Assembly (NCBI GenBank): GCA_945870025.1 | Contig: CAMBQN010000008.1 | Span: forward strand, 34,666-98,665 | Length of the DNA: 64,000 nt | Direction of reading: 5' to 3' | Origin: Akkermansia muciniphila | GTDB lineage: Bacteria > Verrucomicrobiota > Kiritimatiellia > RFP12 > JAAYNR01 | Part shown: piece after piece, positions 49,225 to 57,333 of the stretch | Position numbering within the stretch: position 1 is the first letter of the stretch | Layout of the letters: each line of letters begins with the position of its first letter | The notes under the pieces: generated by a model | Databases searched by the model: none | Told to the model about the DNA's origin: nothing | The model's input: the letters and a program-made list of their open reading frames with translations, nothing else | Program-made: the position numbers and the translations under genes

Positions 49225-49793
49225 CGTGTCCCCACGTTCCGCGTCTGCGCCACGGCCCAAGCCTGCCACAACAGCCCGGCCACGATCGCGCCGAGGATCA
49301 ATCCGAGCGGACCCGACGCGCCGACCAGCATCACGAGACACGCCCCTGCGGCCACACCCCGTTCCCAGTGTTTGCCGCGCCCGACCATCCGCAACGCCGT
49401 GACCAGCAGCAGTCCCGCCACCGCCGGACGCAGCCCGGCGAACAGCCGCGCCAGAAGCGGCCATTCGGACACCCACACAAACGCCGACGCCACGGCCAGG
49501 ATCACCACAATCGGCGCGCTGACCATCCCCAGCGCCGCCACCGCCGCACCCGCCGCGCCGCGATAGCGGTGCCCCACCAGCAGGGCCGTGTTGACCGCGA
49601 TGACTCCGGGAATGACCTGCGCCAGGGCGTACAATTCGCTCATCTCCGCGAGCGTACACCACCGCCGGCGCTCGACGACCTCGCGCTCCAGCAGCGGCAG
49701 CATGGCGTAGCCGCCGCCAAACAACACCGCCCCGACCCACGCAAAGCTGCGGTAGATGCGGGATAACGGAACCGGCTGTTCAGGAGTCGTCAC
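49221..49793 (-). CDS. chrA: Chromate transporter ChrA family, half-protein 1
   Basis: FAWVGAVLFGGGYAMLPLLEREVVE is present. It overlaps the second half by 4 nt. Confidence 0.7.
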   Translation of the reverse strand: MTTPEQPVPLSRIYRSFAWVGAVLFGGGYAMLPLLEREVVERRRWCTLAEMSELYALAQVIPGVIAVNTALLVGHRYRGAAGAAVAALGMVSAPIVVILAVASAFVWVSEWPLLARLFAGLRPAVAGLLLVTALRMVGRGKHWERGVAAGACLVMLVGASGPLGLILGAIVAGLLWQAWAVAQTRNVGTR

Positions 49794-49813
49794 ATCTCGC
49801 AGCTTAACCGAAG

Positions 49814-49853
49814 CCGGATTTCGGGGTCAAGCGGATTTCGGCGGATTTCGGAT
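49814..49853. promoter_or_regulatory. Triple direct repeat GGATTTCGG upstream of the ACP gene, divergent from chrA
   Basis: The sequence is ccggatttcggggtcaagcggatttcggcggatttcggattgg. Confidence 0.3.
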
Positions 49854-49927
49854 TGGAAAAGCCGCCGCTTTCAGGTAACATAGTTCCTCGTTCGATGATA
49901 GTAGATGCCTAAGCACGGGGAAATAGT

Positions 49928-50179
49928 ATGGACAACGCAGATATTGAAACCAAACTCAAAGCGATGATCGTTGAACGGCTGTTCCTGCAGATCAAGCCCG
50001 AAGCGATCGCAACCGACGCCTCGCTGACTGAGGCCTACGGCGTGGATTCGGTCAGCCTCCTCGAACTCGTCGTCGGACTCGAAGAGGTGTTCGGCGTCCA
50101 GATCGAGGATGGCGATTTCAACCTCGCCCATTTCTCGTCGGTCGCAGCCCTGCGTGATTTCGTCAGCGCGCGGCTGTGA
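49928..50179 (+). CDS. Acyl/peptidyl carrier protein (PP-binding)
   Basis: Length is 83 aa. GVDSVSLLELVVGLEEVFGV contains a phosphopantetheine-attachment Ser motif. Confidence 0.7.
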   Translation: MDNADIETKLKAMIVERLFLQIKPEAIATDASLTEAYGVDSVSLLELVVGLEEVFGVQIEDGDFNLAHFSSVAALRDFVSARL

Positions 50180-50226
50180 TCCCCTTTTCCCGTCACCTGC
50201 CAGAGCCTTGCCTGAAGGAGCGCCAC

Positions 50227-51702
50227 ATGCCGCCAGTCCTCACCCCCGCCACCGGCTTCATTACCTTTGCCGGCCCCGACGCCTGGAGCCATCTGCGCAG
50301 CCTCGGCTGGTACGGCGCGGCACGCCCCGAGGGCGTCGCCTGCCTCTTCGCCACGGACGACATCGCTGGCTCGAAACAGGCCGCCGACACCCTCCGCCGC
50401 ATCGCATCCAAGCGGTGGCCCCGCCTGAAGGTGATCGTCCCCGGCGAGACGTCCGCCAACACGGCCGACGCCTTCGCCCGCCGGTTCGCTGATTGGAAGA
50501 CGTTTCATCCCGAGTTGAAGGCGTGGGTCATCGACGCCACCGCCGCGACATTGCCCGTGCGCGTGGCGATGGCCGCCGCCGTTTTGGCCGAACCCGCCGT
50601 GACGCTCATCTCCCGCGAACGCGACGGCTCCTGGTCGCAACTAATCCGCGACCCCGCCTCGGGCAAGGCCGTCGCCGGAAGCATCGAGCCGCCCCCCGCC
50701 GATGTCCTGGACGGCGGTCCGCTCACCGACCTGCTGGAGCCGTTCTGCCACGGCGTCGCCGAGATCCGCTGGCGCGAAAGCCGGGCGCCCCTCGCCCTCA
50801 CCGTCGACGAGGTCGCGCGCATGGTCGCGGCGGGCGTCCCGACCAATTGGAACTGGCGCGAAATGGTCGCGGCCGCCACCGGCGCGCCGTGCCGCGAGAG
50901 CGATTACGACCTGCGCGACTTTCTCGCCACCACCCTCCAGGCCCTGGGCGTGCCCCACGTCCGCATCAACGTCCACATCGCCTGGACATCGCTCCGGGAA
51001 GACCCCCTCCGACTCGATGTGGCCGTCTGCCGCAACGGACGCCTCTACGTATTCGACTGCCAGACCGCCGAGGAGAACACCCTCACGCCCCAGGCGGCCG
51101 ACAGCGTGCGCGCGATCTTCTCGCAGATGGACGTCACCGGCATCGTCCTCCGTCCGAACCGCTGGACGACCGGCGCCGAGCGGACGCTCTCATCGCTCGC
51201 GCCCTCGGCCTGCCTGCTGGATGCCGACGCCTGCCGCCAGCTCTTCTCCCGGCTCGGCGCCCTGCTCGACATCCCCGTCCCGCGGGTGCTGCGCGAGGCG
51301 GAGCGGACCGCCCTGCGCTTCGGCGGCCGCCGGCTGCCGGTCCTGTCCGCCGCCAGCGACGCCCAGCGGGTCGGCGCAGCCATGAAGGTGGACGAGCGGA
51401 TCTACGACGTCTGGCGCGGCTCGCACGTGGATGATCCCTCGACCGACTGGCCGTGGCGCGCGGCGCGCGTGACGGCCGACCGCTGGTTCATCCAGGGCCG
51501 CATCATGCAGGGGGGGAGCGCCGACGAGCTGCGCCGCAGGCTGGCCACACGCTTCTCGGCGGAACGCGTTCCCGTCGAGATCCGCTTCTTTGAAGTCTCC
51601 TCCAACCACCGCTACTGGCACGCGCTACTCGCCGTCCCCGGCGACCCGCAGGTGTTCCCCCGCTGGCTGCGCAAATGGGAGAAGGTGCCGCTGGTCATTT
51701 GA
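50227..51702 (+). CDS. Hypothetical protein (491 aa) coupled to the ACP
   Basis: An aggag RBS precedes the ATG at 50227. The segment LRLDVAVCRNGRLYVFDCQT resembles a degenerate restriction-endonuclease-like core. No confident family could be assigned. Confidence 0.45.
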   Translation: MPPVLTPATGFITFAGPDAWSHLRSLGWYGAARPEGVACLFATDDIAGSKQAADTLRRIASKRWPRLKVIVPGETSANTADAFARRFADWKTFHPELKAWVIDATAATLPVRVAMAAAVLAEPAVTLISRERDGSWSQLIRDPASGKAVAGSIEPPPADVLDGGPLTDLLEPFCHGVAEIRWRESRAPLALTVDEVARMVAAGVPTNWNWREMVAAATGAPCRESDYDLRDFLATTLQALGVPHVRINVHIAWTSLREDPLRLDVAVCRNGRLYVFDCQTAEENTLTPQAADSVRAIFSQMDVTGIVLRPNRWTTGAERTLSSLAPSACLLDADACRQLFSRLGALLDIPVPRVLREAERTALRFGGRRLPVLSAASDAQRVGAAMKVDERIYDVWRGSHVDDPSTDWPWRAARVTADRWFIQGRIMQGGSADELRRRLATRFSAERVPVEIRFFEVSSNHRYWHALLAVPGDPQVFPRWLRKWEKVPLVI

Positions 51703-51704
51703 GG

Positions 51705-51740
51705 CTCTTGCAAAACCCCCTCTGGGGTGTTTGCAAGAGA
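51705..51740. terminator. Stem-loop ctcttgcaaaacccc-tct-ggggtgtttgcaagag after the 50227..51702 gene
   Basis: The stem is ~15 bp with one bulge. There is no U-tract. It is part of nested inverted repeats with ggttttgcaag at ~51851. Confidence 0.35.
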
Positions 51741-51872
51741 GAAGTCAGAATTCAGGAGTCAGAATAATGGTACACGTTGCCGGTGAGGGTTCCCATTCTG
51801 AATACTGAATACTGGCTTCTGAATACTGCGCTTGCATAACCGACGAAGGAGGTTTTGCAAGCGCCTCGTCCG

Positions 51873-52301
51873 TCAGACCACGTCCCCGTCGTGGAGCATC
51901 CGATAGTATTTGATGAAGCAGGCGATGATCTCTGCTTCGGTGACGGAATCGACATCGATCGGGAGCGTGTCGCGAAACGACGCATCATATTTGGCGTAGC
52001 GGTTGCCTTTGGCGACCCGGACCTCGGCATACGGGACGATGCCGCTGGAGAGATAGCGTTTCATGACGCGGAAGGTGATCTCCTCCAGCCCCTCCTTGCG
52101 GACCGTCAGCACCACGCTGGCTGGCGCCTCGCGGATCGAGGCGTCCCGTCCATAGCCCGTCAGCTCGGTGGCCAACTGCCGCAGGGCGGGCGTGACCACG
52201 CGGCCCAGGAACGCCTCAAACTGCGCGTTCTCCTGCTCCGCGCGCGTCGACCGCCCCTTGCCGTTGATGATGCCGCCGAGTTCCGCACGCCAGTCAGCCA
52301 T
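51873..52301 (-). CDS. Hypothetical small protein (142 aa)
   Basis: The protein begins MADWRAELGG and ends YYRMLHDGDVV. The longer ORF-track extension is antisense to the AI-2E gene. Confidence 0.4.
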   Translation of the reverse strand: MADWRAELGGIINGKGRSTRAEQENAQFEAFLGRVVTPALRQLATELTGYGRDASIREAPASVVLTVRKEGLEEITFRVMKRYLSSGIVPYAEVRVAKGNRYAKYDASFRDTLPIDVDSVTEAEIIACFIKYYRMLHDGDVV

Positions 52302-52445
52302 GACCCGCCTCCGTTTTCTTTCAGACAACCGGGTACCAGCATAGTGGACTCCGCCCTTCCATTGCAACAGCGAAATGATTGGGGCTTGCAGACGCCGACG
52401 GGTTTGCCTATCATGTGACATCGGATTGTACAGGGAGTCGATGAC

Positions 52446-53519
52446 ATGGATCTGACCAAACGCGTTGAGGTGATTGCCGGTGTATCGCTGATGGCGCTCA
52501 TTGCGGGTGGCTGTTTGCTGGTGGTGGCGCCGTTTGTATCCTCCATTCTCTGGGCGGCGGTCATCTGCTTCGCCACGTGGCCGTTGCACCAGCGGCTGGA
52601 ACGGCTGTTTGGCCATCGCCGCACGCTCTCGGCCGCCATCATGGCCACGCTCGTGATTCTCGTGACCGTGCTGCCCTTCGTGCTGTCGGCCACGGCGCTC
52701 GATGAAAACCTCACGGCGCTTCTGGCGCGTGTGCAGGAGTATCGCACGCAGGGACTTCCTCCGCCGCCGCCATGGCTCGTTCGCATTCCGCTCATCGGCG
52801 ATCCGCTGCAATCCTACTGGGCCGGACTCGCCACGGACAGCGAGCGCGGCCACACCTTTCTGGCCATGCTGTTGGAGCAATCCAAACCTTGGTTGTTGCG
52901 CCTCAGTCAGGATCTGGGAATGGGGGTGTTGCGTCTCGGCTTCAGCGTCGTGATTGCGTTTTTCCTTTATCGCGACGGCGATCACCTCGTGGATCGCATC
53001 GCCGAGATTGGCAGTCGCGTCTTGGGCGAATACAGCCAGCATCTCGTCAGCGTGGTGGGACGGACCATTCGCGGCGTGGTCTATGGCTTCCTGGGCACGG
53101 CATTGGCGCAAGGGCTGTTGGCGGCCATCGGGTTCACCATCGCCCAGATTCCCGGGGCCTGGTTGCTGGGACTGCTCACCTTCATTCTGGCACTGGTGCC
53201 CTGCGGTCCGCCCTTGGTCTGGATCCCGGCCACCCTCTGGCTGGGGACACAAGGACACATGGGCATGGCCGTCTTCCTGGGGGTGTGGGGCCTACTGGCG
53301 ATCAGCGGCGTTGACAATTTTCTCCGCCCCTACCTCATCAGCCGCGAAGCTCGGCTCCCCTTTGTGCTGGTCTTCCTCGGCGCCATGGGTGGCATCCTCG
53401 CCTTTGGCTTCATCGGCATCTTTATCGGACCCACGCTTTTTGCCGTGGGTTTTGCCATCCTGAATGATTTCCTGGTTCACAAACACGCGGCCACATCACC
53501 CGCACCCCGTTCGGACTAG
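52446..53519 (+). CDS. AI-2E family transporter (PerM/UPF0118)
   Basis: Length is 357 aa with ~8 TM helices. The typical GPTLFAVGFAILNDF C-terminal region is present. Confidence 0.8.
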   Translation: MDLTKRVEVIAGVSLMALIAGGCLLVVAPFVSSILWAAVICFATWPLHQRLERLFGHRRTLSAAIMATLVILVTVLPFVLSATALDENLTALLARVQEYRTQGLPPPPPWLVRIPLIGDPLQSYWAGLATDSERGHTFLAMLLEQSKPWLLRLSQDLGMGVLRLGFSVVIAFFLYRDGDHLVDRIAEIGSRVLGEYSQHLVSVVGRTIRGVVYGFLGTALAQGLLAAIGFTIAQIPGAWLLGLLTFILALVPCGPPLVWIPATLWLGTQGHMGMAVFLGVWGLLAISGVDNFLRPYLISREARLPFVLVFLGAMGGILAFGFIGIFIGPTLFAVGFAILNDFLVHKHAATSPAPRSD

Positions 53520-53649
53520 GCGTGCGGAGGGGGGAAGAAGGGTTCCGTGTCGAGTCTCCGACACGTGGTGGTGAATAGACTTCTTCACGTTATGTCCATT
53601 TATAGTGGACATTCTGCGACTAATAAGCCTATAAACGACAGTTTGCACC

Positions 53650-53825
53650 ACGAAGAACACGAAGAGCACGAAGGACATATTTGCGATGGAAAGGGATGAG
53701 TCCAAGGAGTTCGTAAAAATCGGTTTCACCAAATGGTGTCCGTTTACCGTGCATCCTCATTTCCTTTCTCCCCTTATGCTTCTTGTCTCTTGTCTCTTCG
53801 TGCCCTTCGTGGCCTTCGTGGTGAA
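53650..53825. mobile_element. MITE-like element or symmetric operator: 29-bp terminal inverted repeats built from 3x CACGAAG(A/G) units
   Basis: The left arm is caccacgaagaacacgaagagcacgaagg and the right arm is ccttcgtgcccttcgtggccttcgtggtg. They match in 25 of 29 positions. The element lies in an AT-rich island, and the palindrome atgtcca-N7-tggacat is nearby. Confidence 0.3.
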
Positions 53826-54022
53826 TTCAACTGCCGGATATAGGATCAAGACCCATCGCTATCTGGTCAGCCTCACCGGAACCGATGACGATGTGGATAA
53901 AGCCACCGGCATCCGGGTCATCCCCGCCGCCCGCTTTCTGACTGCGTTTGCGTGAGGCGTCGACATTTCCGCAACGCTCACTTCTTCATCGATATGGGCA
54001 CCTTTCATATCGTCCAAGAACT

Positions 54023-55603
54023 TCATTTGTTGAAGGATTTGGACGGCTCTCGGGGTTCTCTCTTCTTGCCGTCCGTGTTCTCGCCTGAAATCAGGCGAAC
54101 GACTGGCCCGTCTTTATGTGTTTCGATCCGCAGGGTCATTCCAGTGTCCATGCAAATGGTCGTCAGTACATCGCGTAACGTGACATCTCTGGCACTCAAT
54201 GTGATGTAGGTTGAATGGGCCTTCGGCCCCTCGACAATCATGCGCACACCCGTCTTTTTCGGATCATGCAGCTTGGCTGCCGCTGTCAGAACCTCTACGA
54301 CGTTTGACAGACTGGCGTGTCGAAAATCGACTTCAGGAATTACAAGGTCGCACGTGTCTTGGCGTGTCTTAGCGGGTTGCCTGACTCCCTGCTGCCGGAA
54401 GGAATCGGGTGGTTTTTCCCCTGCCCGGCAGATCCGCACACAGTCCCTTGCATCTTCCTTTCCAACCCAATAGGTTAATCCCGCACTTTCCGTGACAATC
54501 CGCAGCACATCGAGCATGGATATGCTTCGGGCTGCCAACGTGATACTGGGCTCTTTCCATCGGGCGAATTCATCCTTGGGCAAGAAAGGCGGGTATAGGA
54601 GCAAAACCACTCCCTTCTTCTGGCCGACAGGAGTTATTGTGTCAAACGTGACACTCGCCTCGTTGAGAAAGCTGACAACGTCTTCCATTCTGGCTTGCCG
54701 AAACTGTATTTCGGGAATGATGATTCGCGCCATCTTGTCGATCAGGGAAGATGTCTGGTCCCCGACCGGTTGCTCCGCCGCCTTCCGTTGCGTCACCTCC
54801 TGCGCCATGATCGCGCCGCCGCCCGCCACCACCAGACTCGCCGCCGTAACCAGTGCCACCATCTTGACTTTTGCTAGGTACATGGCCTTCATCGCTCCCT
54901 TCGCCAGCATTCCTGCTGTTGTTGTGGCGCCCGTGGCCGTGGCGGTTGTCGCCGCAGCAGTTTTCACGGTCGCCAGGATGGAAGGAAGGAGTGTTTCCGG
55001 TACCGCCGCCGAGGCTTCGGAGGTGAGCAGACCGACGAGGGCCGCGCCGCCGAGCGCGACGCCGCTCTTGGTGAGGCGTTGCCGCAGCTTGGCAATGCCG
55101 TCACTGGCGCGACGCTTCATCGTGCCCAACGGACACCCGGCCGCCGATGCGGCCGCCTGCTCGCTGAATCCGCGCAGGTAGCGCAGAACGATCGCTTCGC
55201 GCAGAATCGCCGACAAGCCGTCCAGTTCCGCATCGACGGCTTGGAACACGACCTCCCTATCGACCTCCGGCGTATCCACGGTCATGCTTTCTTGCGACAC
55301 GGCGACGTGTTCCTGCCGCCGCTCGCGGTCCGCGCGAACCCGCAACGCCTGCAACGCCACTTGGCGCGCCACCCGATGGAGCCAGCCGTTCAAGCGGCCC
55401 TCCTGTCGGAGGCTTCCGGCCTTCCGGGCCAGAACCAGAAACGCCGCTTGCGTCGCATCCTCGGCGTCACTGGCATTGCCCAGCACCCGAAGACAGGCCC
55501 GATAGACCATCGGACTGTAGTGCGCAACCAACTCCGCAAAGGCAGCGTCGTTGTGCTCCATCGCGTAGCTCTCGATAAGTTCCCTGTCGGATTTGATCTG
55601 CAT
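54023..55603 (-). CDS. ECF sigma-70 factor fused to a TM anti-sigma-like segment and a periplasmic domain with 2 secretin_N/STN-like repeats (paralog A)
   Basis: Sigma region 2 is FAELVAHYSPMVYRACLRVLG and region 4 is ILREAIVLRYLRGFSEQAAASAAGCPLGTMKRR. The TM segment is MLAKGAMKAMYLAKVKMVALV. The periplasmic repeats are IIPEIQFRQARMEDVVSFL and VIPEVDFRHASLSNVVEVL. Confidence 0.7.
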   Translation of the reverse strand: MQIKSDRELIESYAMEHNDAAFAELVAHYSPMVYRACLRVLGNASDAEDATQAAFLVLARKAGSLRQEGRLNGWLHRVARQVALQALRVRADRERRQEHVAVSQESMTVDTPEVDREVVFQAVDAELDGLSAILREAIVLRYLRGFSEQAAASAAGCPLGTMKRRASDGIAKLRQRLTKSGVALGGAALVGLLTSEASAAVPETLLPSILATVKTAAATTATATGATTTAGMLAKGAMKAMYLAKVKMVALVTAASLVVAGGGAIMAQEVTQRKAAEQPVGDQTSSLIDKMARIIIPEIQFRQARMEDVVSFLNEASVTFDTITPVGQKKGVVLLLYPPFLPKDEFARWKEPSITLAARSISMLDVLRIVTESAGLTYWVGKEDARDCVRICRAGEKPPDSFRQQGVRQPAKTRQDTCDLVIPEVDFRHASLSNVVEVLTAAAKLHDPKKTGVRMIVEGPKAHSTYITLSARDVTLRDVLTTICMDTGMTLRIETHKDGPVVRLISGENTDGKKREPREPSKSFNK

Positions 55604-55780
55604 GTCATGACCAGTATACCAGAACACACTTTTCCTTCCACCCCTATGCTCACAATTAACCTGAAAAGGTTCGGTGGAATGTTGAAGAATTCTTTTCTGG
55701 ACCCAACCCGTCACGTGCAAGATGCGGAAAAAGATATTTATTGTTGCATCCAACTGTCACTTTATGACAATATCTTGCGC

Positions 55781-56419
55781 ATGCAGACCGTAACAGAACT
55801 GGCGCTGGAAATGGCAAAACGGGGGGTGTTCACCCGCTTGGAGGCAGCGCACTGGGTCAACAGCACAGGCGCTCGCCTGGATGCGCTGCTGAAACGGGCG
55901 GTGGCCAGCGGCGAGGTCTCGCGCATACACCGCAGCCTCTACTGCCTCGCCAAGCGCTATCTCCGACAACCACTCGACCCATTCGAACTCGCGCAACGGA
56001 TCCTCGGCCCCAGTTACGTCAGCCTCGAGACGGCACTTTCTTATCACGGCTGGATCCCCGAGTCCGTTCACGCCATCACCTCCGTATCGCTGGCGCGCTC
56101 CCGTTCGTTCGATACCCAGCTCGGGCTTTTCACCTATACGCGGATTCCACAGAATCCATTTCTGGCAGGCGTCACCAGGGTTTCCGGTCAGGATGGCGGC
56201 GCCTTTTTGCTGGCGACGCCGCTCAAAGCGCTGGCAGACTACGTGTACGCGCACCGCTGCAACTGGACAACCGCCGCGCCGCTGATCGAGAGTCTTCGCA
56301 CGGACGAAAGCGCCCTGGCGCACGTGACGGCGGACGCGTTCGACCAACTCCTGCCGGTCTACCGATCCGGCCGCGTACGCCGATTCCTGATGGGGTTGAG
56401 AAAGGACTTGAAAGTATGA
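55781..56419 (+). CDS. abiEi: AbiEi-family antitoxin (type IV TA)
   Basis: The N-terminal wHTH is TELALEMAKRGVFTRLEAAHW. It overlaps the downstream toxin gene by 4 nt. Confidence 0.7.
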   Translation: MQTVTELALEMAKRGVFTRLEAAHWVNSTGARLDALLKRAVASGEVSRIHRSLYCLAKRYLRQPLDPFELAQRILGPSYVSLETALSYHGWIPESVHAITSVSLARSRSFDTQLGLFTYTRIPQNPFLAGVTRVSGQDGGAFLLATPLKALADYVYAHRCNWTTAAPLIESLRTDESALAHVTADAFDQLLPVYRSGRVRRFLMGLRKDLKV

Positions 56420-57273
56420 GTGTCGAAATCATCCAGGAGCGCTTGGCAACCTACAACTGCAACTCGACCATTGAGGAAGAACAGGCCCTGCGCGAGATTA
56501 CCCAGGAGATCATTCTTGCCGGACTCGGTCGCACGGACTTCTTCCGGCAGGCCGGCTTCCAAGGCGGCACATGCCTGCGCATCTTTCACAGCCTGAACCG
56601 CTTTTCCGAAGACCTGGATTTCGCCTTGATCAAACCGGATGCTGCATTTGCGCTGGCCCCCTTTATCGAGCAGGTGCGCGTGGAACTGGAAACTTTTGGT
56701 TACGCTCTGGAGATCGAAGATCGTTCCAGAATCGGTGCCGCCGTGCAGCAGGCGTTTGTCAAAGACGAGTCTGTGGGCAAGCTGCTGCATTTGAACTACC
56801 GTCCGCGCACCGGTCCCATGCGCAAGCTGCGCATCAAGTTGGAGGTGGACACCAATCCGCCAGCCGGCGCTTCATACGAGATGCCGGTCCTGGACTATCC
56901 GTTCCCCTCGGCCGTGCGCGTCTTCGACCTTCCCAGCCTGTTTGCCGGAAAGATCCACGCCCTGCTTTGCCGCAACTACCTCAAGGGGCGCGACTGGTAT
57001 GACTTCATCTGGTACACGGCGCGAAAGACCCCCATCAACCACGTTCTCTTGTCGGCCGCACTGGATCAGCAGGGCCCGTGGCAGGGCAAACACCCGGCCA
57101 CGGACGACGTCTGGTGCGCGGAAGCGCTTAGCACCGCGATCGAAGCGCTGGACTGGAAACAGGCGCGCCAGGACGTGCAACGCTTCGTGAAGCCACGCGA
57201 ACTGCCGTCGCTGGAACTCTGGGCCCGCGATTACTTCCTCCAGCAGTGCCGCAAGATCGGCAGCCGCGCGTAG
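56416..57273 (+). CDS. abiEii: AbiEii/AbiGii nucleotidyltransferase toxin (type IV TA)
   Basis: The canonical AbiEii motif GFQGGTCLRIFHSLNRFSEDLDFAL is present. Length is 285 aa. Confidence 0.8.
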   Translation: MSVEIIQERLATYNCNSTIEEEQALREITQEIILAGLGRTDFFRQAGFQGGTCLRIFHSLNRFSEDLDFALIKPDAAFALAPFIEQVRVELETFGYALEIEDRSRIGAAVQQAFVKDESVGKLLHLNYRPRTGPMRKLRIKLEVDTNPPAGASYEMPVLDYPFPSAVRVFDLPSLFAGKIHALLCRNYLKGRDWYDFIWYTARKTPINHVLLSAALDQQGPWQGKHPATDDVWCAEALSTAIEALDWKQARQDVQRFVKPRELPSLELWARDYFLQQCRKIGSRA

Positions 57274-57333
57274 CATTGCGCCTTTCGTATCCGTTCCCGT
57301 AGCGAATTCATCATCGGACAGTGAACCGGACCG

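Noticed and set aside
49225-49740. R/G-rich N-terminal extension of the ChrA half-protein ORF
   Set aside because: It has low-complexity composition and overlaps the other chrA half. The true start is MSVLFQ.
53686-53955. 89-aa ORF (MERDESKEFVKIGFTKWCPF...) inside the AT-rich inverted-repeat island
   Set aside because: It has no RBS and runs through the inverted-repeat arms. It is more likely non-coding, and the element is interpreted as a MITE-like or regulatory structure.
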